DNA of 64,000 bases from Bdellovibrionales bacterium (GTDB lineage: Bacteria > Bdellovibrionota > Bdellovibrionia > Bdellovibrionales > UBA1609), in assembly GCA_041690295.1 (NCBI GenBank), contig JAWLHR010000003.1:1-64000 (forward strand), given 5' to 3'. Shown piece by piece: positions 20,988-31,164 of the stretch (position 1 is its first letter; every line of letters starts with the position of its first letter). The position numbers and the translations under genes were made by a program. The notes under the pieces were generated by a model, which worked only from the letters and a program-made list of their open reading frames with translations, did no database searches and had not been told where the DNA came from.

Positions 20988-21974
20988 CTAGTAAATAATG
21001 CCGACCAGGTCGTAAACCTTGGACATGGTCTGGCCGGCCAGGGCCCGGGCGCGCTCAGCGCCCTTCTTCATTATTGCGTGAAGTTGCGCGCGGTCCGCCA
21101 TGAGCTCTTTGTGGCGTGCTTGCACGGGCTTTAAGGTTTCGATCACTACCTCGGCCAATGCGACTTTCAGGTGACCATAAAGTTTGCCGGCGAATTCAGC
21201 CTCAACTTCAGGAATGGTTTTTTTGGTGAGCACCGAGTAGATGGTCATGAGGTTGGCGATGCCATGATTTTCAGGGTTGTAAACGATTTCCGTTCCTGAA
21301 TCCGTGACCGCCCTCTTGATCTTCTTTTCGATCACTTTCGGTTCATCGAGAATAAATACCGAACCGCCGCTTTCGGTGTCTGACTTCGACATTTTCTTTG
21401 TGGGATCCGATAACGACATGATCCGCGCACCCTGCTTGGCAATGAGCGGCTGGGGCATGGTGAAAGCGGGGCCATATTTGGCATGAAAGTACTCGACCAA
21501 ATCCCGACAGAGCTCGAGGTGCTGCTTTTGATCCTCACCGACAGGAACATACTTCGCCTGGTAAAGCAGGATATCGGCGGCCATGAGCACGGGATACATC
21601 AGCAGTCCCGCCATGATACTTTTTTGTTTCTCGGCTTTTTCTTTGAACTGAGTCATGCGCTGGAGATTCCCCAGCGGAGTGACGCAAGAAAGGACCCACT
21701 GCAGTTGGGAATGCTCAGGCACATGGCTCTGAACGAATAAAGTGCATTTATCAGGATCCAATCCCAGGGCGATGTATTGGGCGAAGAAGCTATCGGTTCG
21801 CTCCCGTAAGACCTTCGGGTCCTGGTACGTGGTCAACGAATGGAGATTAGCCGCCATGAAGTAGGCGTCGTAGTCTTCCACCATTTGGGTCCAATTGGTG
21901 ATGGCGCCAATGTAATTGCCGATGGTCAGGTCACCTGACGTCGTTGAGCCGCTCAGGACGATATCTTTTTTCAT
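20988..21974 (-). CDS. trpS: Tryptophan--tRNA ligase
   Basis: TIGNYIGA, VPVGEDQKQH, KMSKS. Confidence 0.97.
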   Translation of the reverse strand: MKKDIVLSGSTTSGDLTIGNYIGAITNWTQMVEDYDAYFMAANLHSLTTYQDPKVLRERTDSFFAQYIALGLDPDKCTLFVQSHVPEHSQLQWVLSCVTPLGNLQRMTQFKEKAEKQKSIMAGLLMYPVLMAADILLYQAKYVPVGEDQKQHLELCRDLVEYFHAKYGPAFTMPQPLIAKQGARIMSLSDPTKKMSKSDTESGGSVFILDEPKVIEKKIKRAVTDSGTEIVYNPENHGIANLMTIYSVLTKKTIPEVEAEFAGKLYGHLKVALAEVVIETLKPVQARHKELMADRAQLHAIMKKGAERARALAGQTMSKVYDLVGIIY

Positions 21975-22046
21975 GGATAATAGTTACAGTCTGGATGCGC
22001 GAGATGTCAAAGCTGGAGGGGGCCCGAGGCCCCCTTTTTTGAACCC

Positions 22047-22442
22047 TTATTCAGTGGTTTTTCCGTCAAAATGCTGGTGGGAAGCGTCCGCTTCGGCCTT
22101 CGTCTTATGAACAGTCCCGTCGATATGCTCGGGCGGCCCGTAGATGGTGTAAAGACGCAAGGGCTTTTGACCGGTATTAATCACATTGTGTTCAGCTCCC
22201 GCAGGAACCACGATGGCGTCATCACTTTTAACCGGATGACTAACGCCGTCGATGAGGACCTCGCCGTTACCTTTTTCGATGCGGAAGAATTGGTCCCGAT
22301 CATCATGAACTTCGAGTCCGATTTCTTCGCCAGGGTTCAACGACATGAGGACCAGCTGAAGGTTTTTGCCGGTATATAACACCCGACGGAAATCCGTGTT
22401 CTCTTCAGTCATTTTCTCGATATCGCCTACAAAGCCTTTCAT
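22047..22442 (-). CDS. Cupin domain protein
   Basis: EIGLEVH..DQFF, VPAGAEHNVIN, LYTIYGPPEH. Confidence 0.9.
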   Translation of the reverse strand: MKGFVGDIEKMTEENTDFRRVLYTGKNLQLVLMSLNPGEEIGLEVHDDRDQFFRIEKGNGEVLIDGVSHPVKSDDAIVVPAGAEHNVINTGQKPLRLYTIYGPPEHIDGTVHKTKAEADASHQHFDGKTTE

Positions 22443-22481
22443 ATTCTCCCTTTCGGTTTTCTGATTTTGAATTCGTATCAT

Positions 22482-22497
22482 TGCAATTTAGCAGCCA
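22482..22497 (-). promoter_or_regulatory. Possible sigma54 promoter of cupin gene
   Basis: Minus strand TGGCTGCTAAATTGCA (GG-N10-GC). Confidence 0.45.
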
Positions 22498-22617
22498 ACC
22501 ATAGGCACAAAGGACCAATACTTGCAAAGACTACAATCAATTATGATTTTCAACGTTTTTCATCCTGTCAAAATAGAAAGGCCCCTGACCTCGACCCACT
22601 GGGAGCAAAGGATTGAT

Positions 22618-23211
22618 ATGGAATGGCAAGAATTTCACCAATTTTGGTTTGGCGACACGCTCACTGGGGGGCCACTTGAGCCTCAGGTCAAACGCTGGTT
22701 CGAAAAGGATGAACGGAACGATCAAGAAATCCGAACAAAGTTTGCGCCGCTTTTAACGCAGCCTGAACAATTGCGTCCCTGGAAACAGGAACCTCGGGGC
22801 ATTTTGTCCCTTGTCATTCTTTATGATCAGGTCCCCCGTAATTCGTTTCGCGGTACAAAGGAAGCCTATGCCTATGATGATAAAGCATTGGCGCTGGCGC
22901 GGGAATTGGTCCCTGAAAGCACCCAATTCCATCTTCTAGAACAGCTTTTTCTTTTTCTACCCTTTCAACACAGCGAGAGCCTGGAAGATCAAGAAATCTC
23001 GCTCTCAGCTTATCGAAGGCTAAAAAAAGAAGCGGAACTCTCCGGCTCGGACGAGCTAAAAAACTTCATGACTTTGTCTGAAGACTTCGCCCTCAAACAC
23101 TTTGAGGCCATAAAAAAATTTGGCCGCTTTCCCCATCGAAACAGAATTCTCGGAAGAGAATCCACATCCGAAGAAATCGAATACCTGAAAAACCCTCAGC
23201 CCTGGTTTTAA
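22618..23211 (+). CDS. DUF924 family protein
   Basis: FWFG, ILYDQVPRN, LPFQHSE, FGRFPHRNRILGR. Confidence 0.9.
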   Translation: MEWQEFHQFWFGDTLTGGPLEPQVKRWFEKDERNDQEIRTKFAPLLTQPEQLRPWKQEPRGILSLVILYDQVPRNSFRGTKEAYAYDDKALALARELVPESTQFHLLEQLFLFLPFQHSESLEDQEISLSAYRRLKKEAELSGSDELKNFMTLSEDFALKHFEAIKKFGRFPHRNRILGRESTSEEIEYLKNPQPWF

Positions 23212-24278
23212 CTCGCCTTCTTCAACAATGTTTTAATCGCTCGCCAGCCGACGAATACAAGGCCCCAGATCACACCAATTCCAAAAGAAAAAACGACCAG
23301 AATATGTAAAGACCAAATTCGCAGCCATTCTTTGATTCCCTTGGCGAAGGCGAATGCGGAAAGAGCCAATAAGACAATTGAAATGCCCAGAACTTTTAAT
23401 GCCAAACTGGGTTGATAAACAGCTAACAGAATCCAAGCGAACAGAAACACCAATCCGGTCATGACCACCCAGAAAAAAAGTCCTTTTCTTTCAATGATGT
23501 GGTACTCGACGAATCCGGGCCCGCGATCAATTAAACGCCACAAAAAACTCACCAGATCCGATCTCGGTTCCCAGCGAAATCGAAGTGCGGTATCGATCAA
23601 GATCGGCTCAGTTTTGACCATCTCCTTCATCAGCAAGGTATCATCACTTTTAAGATCGGACTGTTCGAACTTCTTACATGCCTCAATAAAAGCTCGTGTC
23701 CGACAAAGAAAAAGAGTTGTCCCCTTCAGATACTGATCATAGTTCTCGAACGTTAAGGTCAGAGTGTTCGGTTCTTCCGGTCCGCGATCAATCGAGAAAT
23801 GTCTTGCGAAAATTCGCTCGTGGGATCTTTGCCAATACAGGCAATAAATATTTTTATGAATATCTATGTCGACCCAACCCACGGCCGCATGACCGCGCCC
23901 CAATGCTTGCTTAAGTGCCGAATCAAATCCTGGAAGTAGAGCTATTCGCGTATCCACCATCAGCGTCCACTCAGTGGATATTTCCTTCGCTCCCAGGTAG
24001 CGAGCCCAGAAGCGTCCTTGATTCGTAGGAAGGTTCAATTCTTTTATTTTTCCGCCAAACTGCGGGTTGTCTTTTAAGCTATCGATTGTCTCAGAAGTTT
24101 GATCGTTCGAACCGTCATTGACGATCAATATCTTTTCGACAAGCTGATAAACGCCCGACTTGTGAACGGACTCAATCAAAGGCGGCAAATAGCCGGCCAT
24201 ATTGTACGTCGGAATTAAAATAGAGGCCGATGAGGGGTAATAAACCTTCTCAGAAACACCAGACAAACGAGACCTCAC
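23208..24278 (-). CDS. GT2 glycosyltransferase with C-terminal TM helices
   Basis: SILIPTYN, IVNDGSND, NQGR. Confidence 0.85.
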   Translation of the reverse strand: MRSRLSGVSEKVYYPSSASILIPTYNMAGYLPPLIESVHKSGVYQLVEKILIVNDGSNDQTSETIDSLKDNPQFGGKIKELNLPTNQGRFWARYLGAKEISTEWTLMVDTRIALLPGFDSALKQALGRGHAAVGWVDIDIHKNIYCLYWQRSHERIFARHFSIDRGPEEPNTLTLTFENYDQYLKGTTLFLCRTRAFIEACKKFEQSDLKSDDTLLMKEMVKTEPILIDTALRFRWEPRSDLVSFLWRLIDRGPGFVEYHIIERKGLFFWVVMTGLVFLFAWILLAVYQPSLALKVLGISIVLLALSAFAFAKGIKEWLRIWSLHILVVFSFGIGVIWGLVFVGWRAIKTLLKKAS

Positions 24279-24293
24279 GAACGGCGGTCAGAA

Positions 24294-25082
24294 CTAAAGC
24301 CCGACGATGCGCCGGGCTTCTTCGCGGTCGAAGTAGGTGAATTCTTCGTCGATCATGGCACCGAGATTTTGCCGATCGCTGACGTAAACATGCAGCTTCC
24401 GCAAAACCTCGAATTTATCTCCACGACTGAGGAATTCACTGATGACCATGCCAAGCTGCCGGGACGTCAAACTGGGCTGCTTTCCCGTATCGGTATAGGA
24501 GTTTAAATAGTCATCGATGATCTTAAACTTTTCTTTTGGAAATGGCGCGCGATCCACCTCTTTCAAAAATTTTTCCGTGCTCATCGGATTGAAGCGTTTG
24601 GTGAGCAAGTTTCCGACATTGTAAACTTCGACTTTGGCGCCAACGGGCAAGTAAATTTGTAACCTAACGTAACAGCCGCCCTTAAGATTTGTGATCCGTC
24701 CGTTCTCCGTGCGAATCGAGCAGCGATATTCACCATAAGCACTGATCTCAACTTCCGTACCGCTCTTGTTGGTGGTCAATGACCCGAACGAGGCCGACTC
24801 GTACCAAACCGTATAGGTTCTTAGAACACCTGTATGATGGGGAACATCGGGCGAGTACACCACTTCAACATCCCGGTTGAACCCAAAGAGGTTGATGTCG
24901 ACCCTCTCCACTCCGGCAATCGGAAATTCGATATCCCGAATTTCCGGATGGTATTCGCTAGGGATCGTTGACCACTGAACGCGATTTGATGGTTCTTTGC
25001 CTTTTTCCGATTCCGAGTTTTTTCCACAGCCTAAAAAGATGATTGAAGCCAGTAATCCTACGGCGAGCGTGCGCAATTTCAT
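24294..25082 (-). CDS. Hypothetical lipoprotein
   Basis: Start MKLRTL after GGGGGA; lipobox FLGC. Confidence 0.75.
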   Translation of the reverse strand: MKLRTLAVGLLASIIFLGCGKNSESEKGKEPSNRVQWSTIPSEYHPEIRDIEFPIAGVERVDINLFGFNRDVEVVYSPDVPHHTGVLRTYTVWYESASFGSLTTNKSGTEVEISAYGEYRCSIRTENGRITNLKGGCYVRLQIYLPVGAKVEVYNVGNLLTKRFNPMSTEKFLKEVDRAPFPKEKFKIIDDYLNSYTDTGKQPSLTSRQLGMVISEFLSRGDKFEVLRKLHVYVSDRQNLGAMIDEEFTYFDREEARRIVGL

Positions 25083-25140
25083 ATGAATTCCCCCCAAAGT
25101 AATTGTCAGAGCCTTAAAATTGGTTATATGCCAACACACC

Positions 25141-25658
25141 ATGCCGGCAAGTTCTTTTGATCTTCAACCGACGCTGATTGGCGAGCTCCTTCAACTTCGA
25201 CCTATTCGACCGGAAGATTTTGATGCGCTTTTCGCTTGCGCTTCGGATCCATTGATCTGGGAGCAACATCCAAAGCCCGATCGCTATAAGAAAGATATTT
25301 TCCAAACCTATTTTGACAGTGCGATCAATTCAGGTGGTGGATTGATCGTCATTGATCGGGCGACAGGAACTGTCATTGGCTCCTCGCGATTTTATGATTT
25401 CAGGCCTGACAAAAGTCAGATCTCGATTGGGTACACTTTTTTAAGCCGACGCTACTGGGGCGGCCGGTACAATGGTGAAATGAAATCCTGATGTTGAGCC
25501 ACGCATTTCAGTTCGTGGACAAAGTGATTTTTGAAATCGGCGCGACCAATCTACGCTCGCGCCGGGCCATCGAGAAAGTCGGGGCCAAGCTGATTCTTGA
25601 AACCGAACTACATGGCAAGCCATATACGATCTACATGATTCAGAAAGTTAACGAATAG
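25141..25658 (+). pseudogene. GNAT (RimJ/RimL-type) N-acetyltransferase with a single-base frameshift near 25487
   Basis: YWGGRYNGEMKS* continues in another frame as LMLSHAFQFVDKVIFEIGATNLRSRRAIEKVGA...* (25658). Confidence 0.85.
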
Positions 25659-25738
25659 CCAAGTAATCTAACGCGCGGTGATCAAAGCCTTTGCCCAATC
25701 GGCAAATTTTCATAAAATATTTCGAGGGGCGGGCCACT

Positions 25739-25957
25739 ATGATTTCCAAGTCGCGCGAACATCTGCAAGAGGTGAATCAAACCTACCGCGAACACGGTTG
25801 GTTCGCGGTGAAATGGGGCCTTTTTTTGATTTGGACCGGAGTCGTGTCGATCATCCACGGAATTTGCCCGGCATTTTTTAAATTCAGAGCTCCTCGAAAC
25901 GTCATGCGCGTGGCGCGACTGATCAAGGAACGAGGGATTCCGGGAGAACTAGAGTAA
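25739..25957 (+). CDS. Small membrane protein (DUF6356-like)
   Basis: EHLQEVNQTYREH...IIHGICP pattern; ends 3 nt before the MBOAT start. Confidence 0.7.
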   Translation: MISKSREHLQEVNQTYREHGWFAVKWGLFLIWTGVVSIIHGICPAFFKFRAPRNVMRVARLIKERGIPGELE

Positions 25958-25960
25958 CGA

Positions 25961-27358
25961 ATGCCCTTTGATTCCATCAACTTTTGGTCCATTTTCCTTT
26001 TCGCATTCACGTCTTATTGGATTCTACCCTCGCGATTGCGGAATCTTCATCTCCTCGGCTTCAGCTATTTTTTTTATGGATATTGGGATTATCGCTTTCT
26101 CCTTATTTTATTGGTATCAACCGTCATTGATTACTGCGTGGCCTTTTTCGTCCAACCCGGGCGGACATCTCGGGTCAGATTCACCGCCCTCGCGATCAGT
26201 CTCATCACGAACCTGGGAATGCTTGCCTTTTTCAAGTATTTCAACTTTTTCATCGAATCTTTCCGCACCCAGTTTCTTTCGAGCCACGAAATCGCTTCCA
26301 ATTTTCTCGTGAACTTCGGGGTTCCCATCGGCATCAGCTTCTATACCTTCCAGACGATCAGCTACGTGCTCGACGTTTTCAAGGGGCGTGTCCCGCCCGC
26401 GCGAAGTTTCATAGATTTCGCCCTTTACGTGGCGTTCTTTCCGCAGCTCGTAGCCGGGCCGATCGAACGTGCCCGCCGGCTCCTTCCCCAAATCCAAAAG
26501 GCGCGCCCTTTTGAAATGGAAAGATTGAAACTTGGCGGATCTTTGATTCTCCTCGGCTTGTGCAAGAAAGTGTTCATGGCGGAGAGTTTGCGACATCCCA
26601 TTGAGACAATCGCGATCTATCCCGAGCACAACCTTTGGATTACACTCGCGATCGGGCTTATGACGACCTTTCAAGTCTACTTGGATTTCGCGGGTTACAG
26701 TGACATCGCCCGGGGTTTAGCTCAACTCTTCGGAATTGAAATCGTTATAAATTTCAAACCGTTCATGTTCGTCACCAACCCTTCCCAGTTCTGGCAACGC
26801 TGGCACATCAGTCTAACCAGTTGGATTCGGGAGTACCTGATTATTTCCTTTCGCGATCGCACCTGGCCCCGACTCGTTCAATATCTTCATATCCTAATGG
26901 TTTTGATGCTGGTGGGTCTTTGGCATGATGCCACATGGAACTGGATTTTGTTCGGACTTTTCCACGGTGTGGCGCTTATCGGCTATGACTGGCTCCGACG
27001 CTCGGGGGCGATCAATTTCATCCATCCGGTTTTCGCCACGAGCGGCGGATTTGTTTTTATGATTTTCGTGTACATCGTCAGCGGACTTTTGCATTTTTCC
27101 TATTATCATTCCATTCCTTGGTCGCAAGAGACGGATCTCGGAGCGGCCCTACCAACGCTAAAGGCACTGGGATATTATTGCCTTCCGTTGCTCGTTCCGC
27201 TCGTGACCTTCGAATATTTCCAAAACAAAAAGGAAGATTACGAATACATCGTTAAAGCACCCATGTGGGCCCGTATCGTCTTCGTGGCATTCACTCTGGC
27301 TTCTGTTTTCTTTTTTGAACGCGCGTCTCAGACCGGGTTCATCTATTTCGATTTTTAG
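25961..27358 (+). CDS. MBOAT O-acyltransferase (AlgI/PatA/DltB-like)
   Basis: PIGISFYTFQ, FFPQLVAGPIER, DFAGYSD, FWQRWHISL, GLWH. Confidence 0.93.
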   Translation: MPFDSINFWSIFLFAFTSYWILPSRLRNLHLLGFSYFFYGYWDYRFLLILLVSTVIDYCVAFFVQPGRTSRVRFTALAISLITNLGMLAFFKYFNFFIESFRTQFLSSHEIASNFLVNFGVPIGISFYTFQTISYVLDVFKGRVPPARSFIDFALYVAFFPQLVAGPIERARRLLPQIQKARPFEMERLKLGGSLILLGLCKKVFMAESLRHPIETIAIYPEHNLWITLAIGLMTTFQVYLDFAGYSDIARGLAQLFGIEIVINFKPFMFVTNPSQFWQRWHISLTSWIREYLIISFRDRTWPRLVQYLHILMVLMLVGLWHDATWNWILFGLFHGVALIGYDWLRRSGAINFIHPVFATSGGFVFMIFVYIVSGLLHFSYYHSIPWSQETDLGAALPTLKALGYYCLPLLVPLVTFEYFQNKKEDYEYIVKAPMWARIVFVAFTLASVFFFERASQTGFIYFDF

Positions 27359-28491
27359 TTTTTCTCTGAGCGGATTTTTTCGATGATCGGACGAAGTTCC
27401 TTGCTCATGAATTCGGCAACTACCTCGTGGCCTACATAGCTGAGGTGAAATTCATTGTTATAAAGGTTGGGATTGGATTTCAGCATCGGTTTCAGGTACT
27501 CGCTGTAATCGATCACGACGACCTCTGGATGCTTCTCATTGATGACCTTTTTCGCCGCGTCTCTTCGGTTGGTAAAAGACTCATACACCACACGCGGATC
27601 TTTGAAGTAGTGACCCTCCACCTCCCAAAACGGCTCGATCATTAAGAATTTTTTAAAGTACTCGGGATGCATGTCGGGAGCATACAAAGTCACTTCGGGA
27701 ATCCAGACTTGAAACTTGGAAATTTCCTTGGCATGAGTCATGGCTATATCCGCGTCAATCTCAACACGTTTACGGATGACCGGATCCAAAGGGACCTTTT
27801 TATAAATCATTCGCTCCTGTACGTATCGACTTTGATAGAAAGCGCGGTTGTAAACGAATTCCCGGTTCTCAGATCGACGGATCAATTCGTCATATCCGTT
27901 GGATGAAGGTTTCGCGAAGGCCAGCGAAAAAATCCAGGGATCATACATCAGTCTTCGAGCCCACCATTTTTTGAGGAGTACGGGCGTACGCCAAATCGTC
28001 CCTGGCGGAGTCATCCACCGGTAGCTATACGAGAATTGGCGCTCGGCGTACAAACTGTGCTCTTTGCCGAACACGTGCTGGACAATGACAAGGTCGTAGT
28101 AACGCCCTTCTCCGCGCAACTCCTCCATTTTCTGTACTGTCGCTTTACGGTCCGCCCACCCGATACTGAAATTATCGACATGAATATCGGAGCCGAGACG
28201 CTTTTTCATGATCTCCGGCCACGTCTGATCTAGGGCCACGTCTTCCGCGGCCAACACGCTCGATCCAAAAAGCGCGATTCGGATGGGTTGACCCTTGTAA
28301 AAAAGCCCTCGCGCCCCATCCTCATTGCCAAACCTGCCAAACGAATGGCCTAACCCTTTCCACTTCTCCGCATAAAAACGCTGGTGAACTTCGGTTTTCC
28401 AGTAAAGAAGAGGAAAATAGGAAAAGATCTCGATCAACCCTAAGACCGAAACAAAAAAAACAAGTAAGTAAAAAAACTTTTTAGCCCGCAT
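27355..28491 (-). CDS. Membrane-anchored SGNH/GDSL hydrolase-like protein
   Basis: N-terminal TM; IALFGSS block I; NEFHLSYVGH block V. Confidence 0.7.
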   Translation of the reverse strand: MRAKKFFYLLVFFVSVLGLIEIFSYFPLLYWKTEVHQRFYAEKWKGLGHSFGRFGNEDGARGLFYKGQPIRIALFGSSVLAAEDVALDQTWPEIMKKRLGSDIHVDNFSIGWADRKATVQKMEELRGEGRYYDLVIVQHVFGKEHSLYAERQFSYSYRWMTPPGTIWRTPVLLKKWWARRLMYDPWIFSLAFAKPSSNGYDELIRRSENREFVYNRAFYQSRYVQERMIYKKVPLDPVIRKRVEIDADIAMTHAKEISKFQVWIPEVTLYAPDMHPEYFKKFLMIEPFWEVEGHYFKDPRVVYESFTNRRDAAKKVINEKHPEVVVIDYSEYLKPMLKSNPNLYNNEFHLSYVGHEVVAEFMSKELRPIIEKIRSEKN

Positions 28492-29857
28492 TTTTCTTGA
28501 AGAGGTTCGGGTAGTCGACTTTGCCGATCTGGGTTCGTGGCAATTCTTTCACGAACCGATAGTGGCGCGGATTCTTATAGGAAGCCAGTCGTTGACGAAG
28601 GTGGTTCCGGATGGAACCTTCAAGCGAGGGACGACCAACGATAACCGCGACTGGAACTTCACCCCAAAGCGGATGGACTTCGCCGATAACGGCGCAGTCG
28701 TGCACGCCGGGAATTTCACTGATCGCCTTCTCCACTTCCAATGGATTGACTTTGAATCCGGACACATTGATCGTGCGGGCTTCACGACCTCGAAAATAAA
28801 TGAGACCACCATCCATGACTCCGCGGTCCCCCGTCTTTAGCCATCCCGAATCCGCGGGCTGCCCGAAGGCTCGGGCCCGGCAAGGTCCCCGCATTTGAAT
28901 TTCTTCGTTTTCGATCCTTATTAAATAGGGATCGACCGGCTGACCAAGACAACTGAGTGTCTCTTCGCGGGGTGAAATGTAGGACTCGGTCGTGCAGACA
29001 TACGGTCCCATTTCCGTCAGGCCATAAACGCCGATCACGCGAGAGAACACGGCCGCAAGGCGTCGCCAGACGACTTCGTCCACGACGGCCGATCCAGTTA
29101 CGACCGTTCTTAGGCTGGGAGAAATCAACCGGTGAAAATTCGAACGCCGCCAAAACAAACGGACCTGGCTCGGCACCAAGATCGTGTGTGTCGGGTTTTT
29201 CTTTTGAAGAGCGATGAATTCCGAAGCCTCAAGATTCGCGCTGATCAAAACCCGCGCGCCTTGGATTAGGGCCGGAAGAAGCTGCATGTTCAATCCGCCC
29301 GTATGGGCCATGGTGAGCGAGCAAAGAATGGTACTTCGCCGATCGATGGATTGCCCCGAGGCCGCGATTGAAGCATTCGTCACAAGATTGCGCCATGAGT
29401 GAATCACGGGCTTCGGGTTGCCCGTTGATCCGGACGTCATAAGAACGACTCCGCCCCCCTCGGACCGGGAAATTTCATCCAAAATCTGTTCACCACGATG
29501 GAATTTCATGATTTCATCGGATTCATCGGTGACAAGCGCGGCGGCATTCACCGAATCCCGCACCCGCTCGAGTTCCACGCGGGTGGTTTTGCGACTCAAC
29601 GGAACAAAGACCGCGCCCACACTCTCACAGGCGTAAAGTAACGCCAAACAGTTCGGGTGGTTTCGCCCCCAATAAATTACCGGATCCCCTTCGTGAATCC
29701 CACTCCTGTGAAGTGATTTTGCCCAGGCGTCCTTAAGGTTTCGAAGTTCAGCGTATGAGATCTCGCGGTTATCGTAAGAGATCGAGATATTGCTCTGGGC
29801 GTCTTCATGAAAGGTGGACTCGCTGAGCGAGTCCGAACTACCCTCGAATTCCGCCAT
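28481..29857 (-). CDS. Class I adenylate-forming enzyme (acyl-CoA/acyl-AMP ligase)
   Basis: TSGSTGNPK, YGLTE, TGDRG, GFKVNPLEVE, LPRTQIGKV. Confidence 0.9.
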   Translation of the reverse strand: MAEFEGSSDSLSESTFHEDAQSNISISYDNREISYAELRNLKDAWAKSLHRSGIHEGDPVIYWGRNHPNCLALLYACESVGAVFVPLSRKTTRVELERVRDSVNAAALVTDESDEIMKFHRGEQILDEISRSEGGGVVLMTSGSTGNPKPVIHSWRNLVTNASIAASGQSIDRRSTILCSLTMAHTGGLNMQLLPALIQGARVLISANLEASEFIALQKKNPTHTILVPSQVRLFWRRSNFHRLISPSLRTVVTGSAVVDEVVWRRLAAVFSRVIGVYGLTEMGPYVCTTESYISPREETLSCLGQPVDPYLIRIENEEIQMRGPCRARAFGQPADSGWLKTGDRGVMDGGLIYFRGREARTINVSGFKVNPLEVEKAISEIPGVHDCAVIGEVHPLWGEVPVAVIVGRPSLEGSIRNHLRQRLASYKNPRHYRFVKELPRTQIGKVDYPNLFKKNAG

Positions 29858-30012
29858 TAAGAAATTATAAGGGAATGGGTTTGGTTCCGTCGACCTGACC
29901 CAGACTTAGATCTCGGACGACTAGTGAATTCCCGCGGAACCCGGATCTCTCTACTGTCCTGAGCCGTGGCGGTTAAAGAGGTCACAAAGAGTCCTAAAAT
30001 AATGCTGGTCAT
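29857..30012 (-). CDS. Candidate 51-aa small protein coupled to the ligase
   Basis: MTSIILGLFVTSLTATAQDSREIRVPREFTSRPRSKSGSGRRNQTHSLIIS*; stop overlaps the ligase start (TAATG). Confidence 0.35.
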   Translation of the reverse strand: MTSIILGLFVTSLTATAQDSREIRVPREFTSRPRSKSGSGRRNQTHSLIIS

Positions 30013-30189
30013 GCGATTGAGTTTTGCAAAGGCTAAACCGTTTAACTGAGTTTTTTGGGGGATTTAGGGGCGATTACTGTCAAAAATTAAGACACCTTAC
30101 AAACGAAAAACGTGACTGGATCAAGGGGTGGGGAGCGGCGGGTGGTTTTCCTTCTTTCCTTAGGTCGGGAAATAAACTATCAGTTGAAT

Positions 30190-31164
30190 ATGTTCAGTTT
30201 TCTCCGACGCGCGCACCCCTCGTACACACGACTGGAACATGCCGATCCGGCGCACAAAGATTTTTTCGTTGTGAACTGGTGTCTGGGAAACACTTGTAAT
30301 TATTCGTGCAGTTATTGTCCTGAAAGTTTGCACAACGGATCGAAGGACTGGATCGATCTCGAATCAATCAAAAGTTTCGTGAGCCAAGTTCAACGCCATT
30401 ATGGAAAAAAGTGGCGCTATTATTTCGTTTTCACCGGCGGTGAGATCACCTTGTACCGTGATTTCATTCCCATGCTGGAACATCTGCATGAACGGAATTG
30501 CAAAGTCGGAATTATTTCAAACGGATCAAGATCCCTGGATTTTTGGCAAAAGATTCGACCGCTGCTCGATCATGTTTGCCTGAGCTTTCATCCGGAATCC
30601 GCTAAAGCGGATCACTTTTTCGCCGTCGCCAAATTGCTAAGCGAAAGCGTGCGTGTCCATCTGAATTTCATGATGACACCGGAGCACTTTTACGAATGTT
30701 ACGAGTTGGCGGTGAAAGCTAAAGAGATGCCGAACATCAGCATCGCCTTGCAACCCTTGCTCGTTGAATTTTCGAATCAGATGTATCGCTACACGGACAC
30801 GCAAAAGAAAATCTTCGATGAGCAAGACGCCCTTATCGTGAAACACATCAAACGCACTCGCACTTTGGAAAGCTATCGTGGCCGGATGGCCATGGTGAAG
30901 AAAACCGGCGAACGAACTTTAAGATCGGCGCACCAGTTCATCTCCGCCCGTGAAAACCGCTGGGACGGTTGGCGATGTCACATCGGACTAGAGCAACTCG
31001 TGGTCAACATGGACGGAAAAATTTATCGCGGTTGGTGCGCGGAAGGCGGAGAAATCGGCCATGTCGCTGACGCCAAGATCAAGTTTCCCCGCAAGCCGGT
31101 TCTCTGCGCCCGGGATCATTGCCATTGCAACTTCGATATCACGGCCACCAAGGAGTTCCGATGA
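30190..31164 (+). CDS. Radical SAM protein with C-terminal Twitch/SPASM-like domain
   Basis: CNYSCSYC, TGGE; CHIG...DGKIYRGWC...CARDHCHC. Confidence 0.9.
   Translation: MFSFLRRAHPSYTRLEHADPAHKDFFVVNWCLGNTCNYSCSYCPESLHNGSKDWIDLESIKSFVSQVQRHYGKKWRYYFVFTGGEITLYRDFIPMLEHLHERNCKVGIISNGSRSLDFWQKIRPLLDHVCLSFHPESAKADHFFAVAKLLSESVRVHLNFMMTPEHFYECYELAVKAKEMPNISIALQPLLVEFSNQMYRYTDTQKKIFDEQDALIVKHIKRTRTLESYRGRMAMVKKTGERTLRSAHQFISARENRWDGWRCHIGLEQLVVNMDGKIYRGWCAEGGEIGHVADAKIKFPRKPVLCARDHCHCNFDITATKEFR

Noticed and set aside
22016..22040. T-box or attenuator upstream of trpS
   Set aside because: Gap is about 70 bp with one simple GC hairpin; too short and no T-box motif
28481..29857. Calling the ligase menE
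   Set aside because: Only family-level motifs; no men genes nearby
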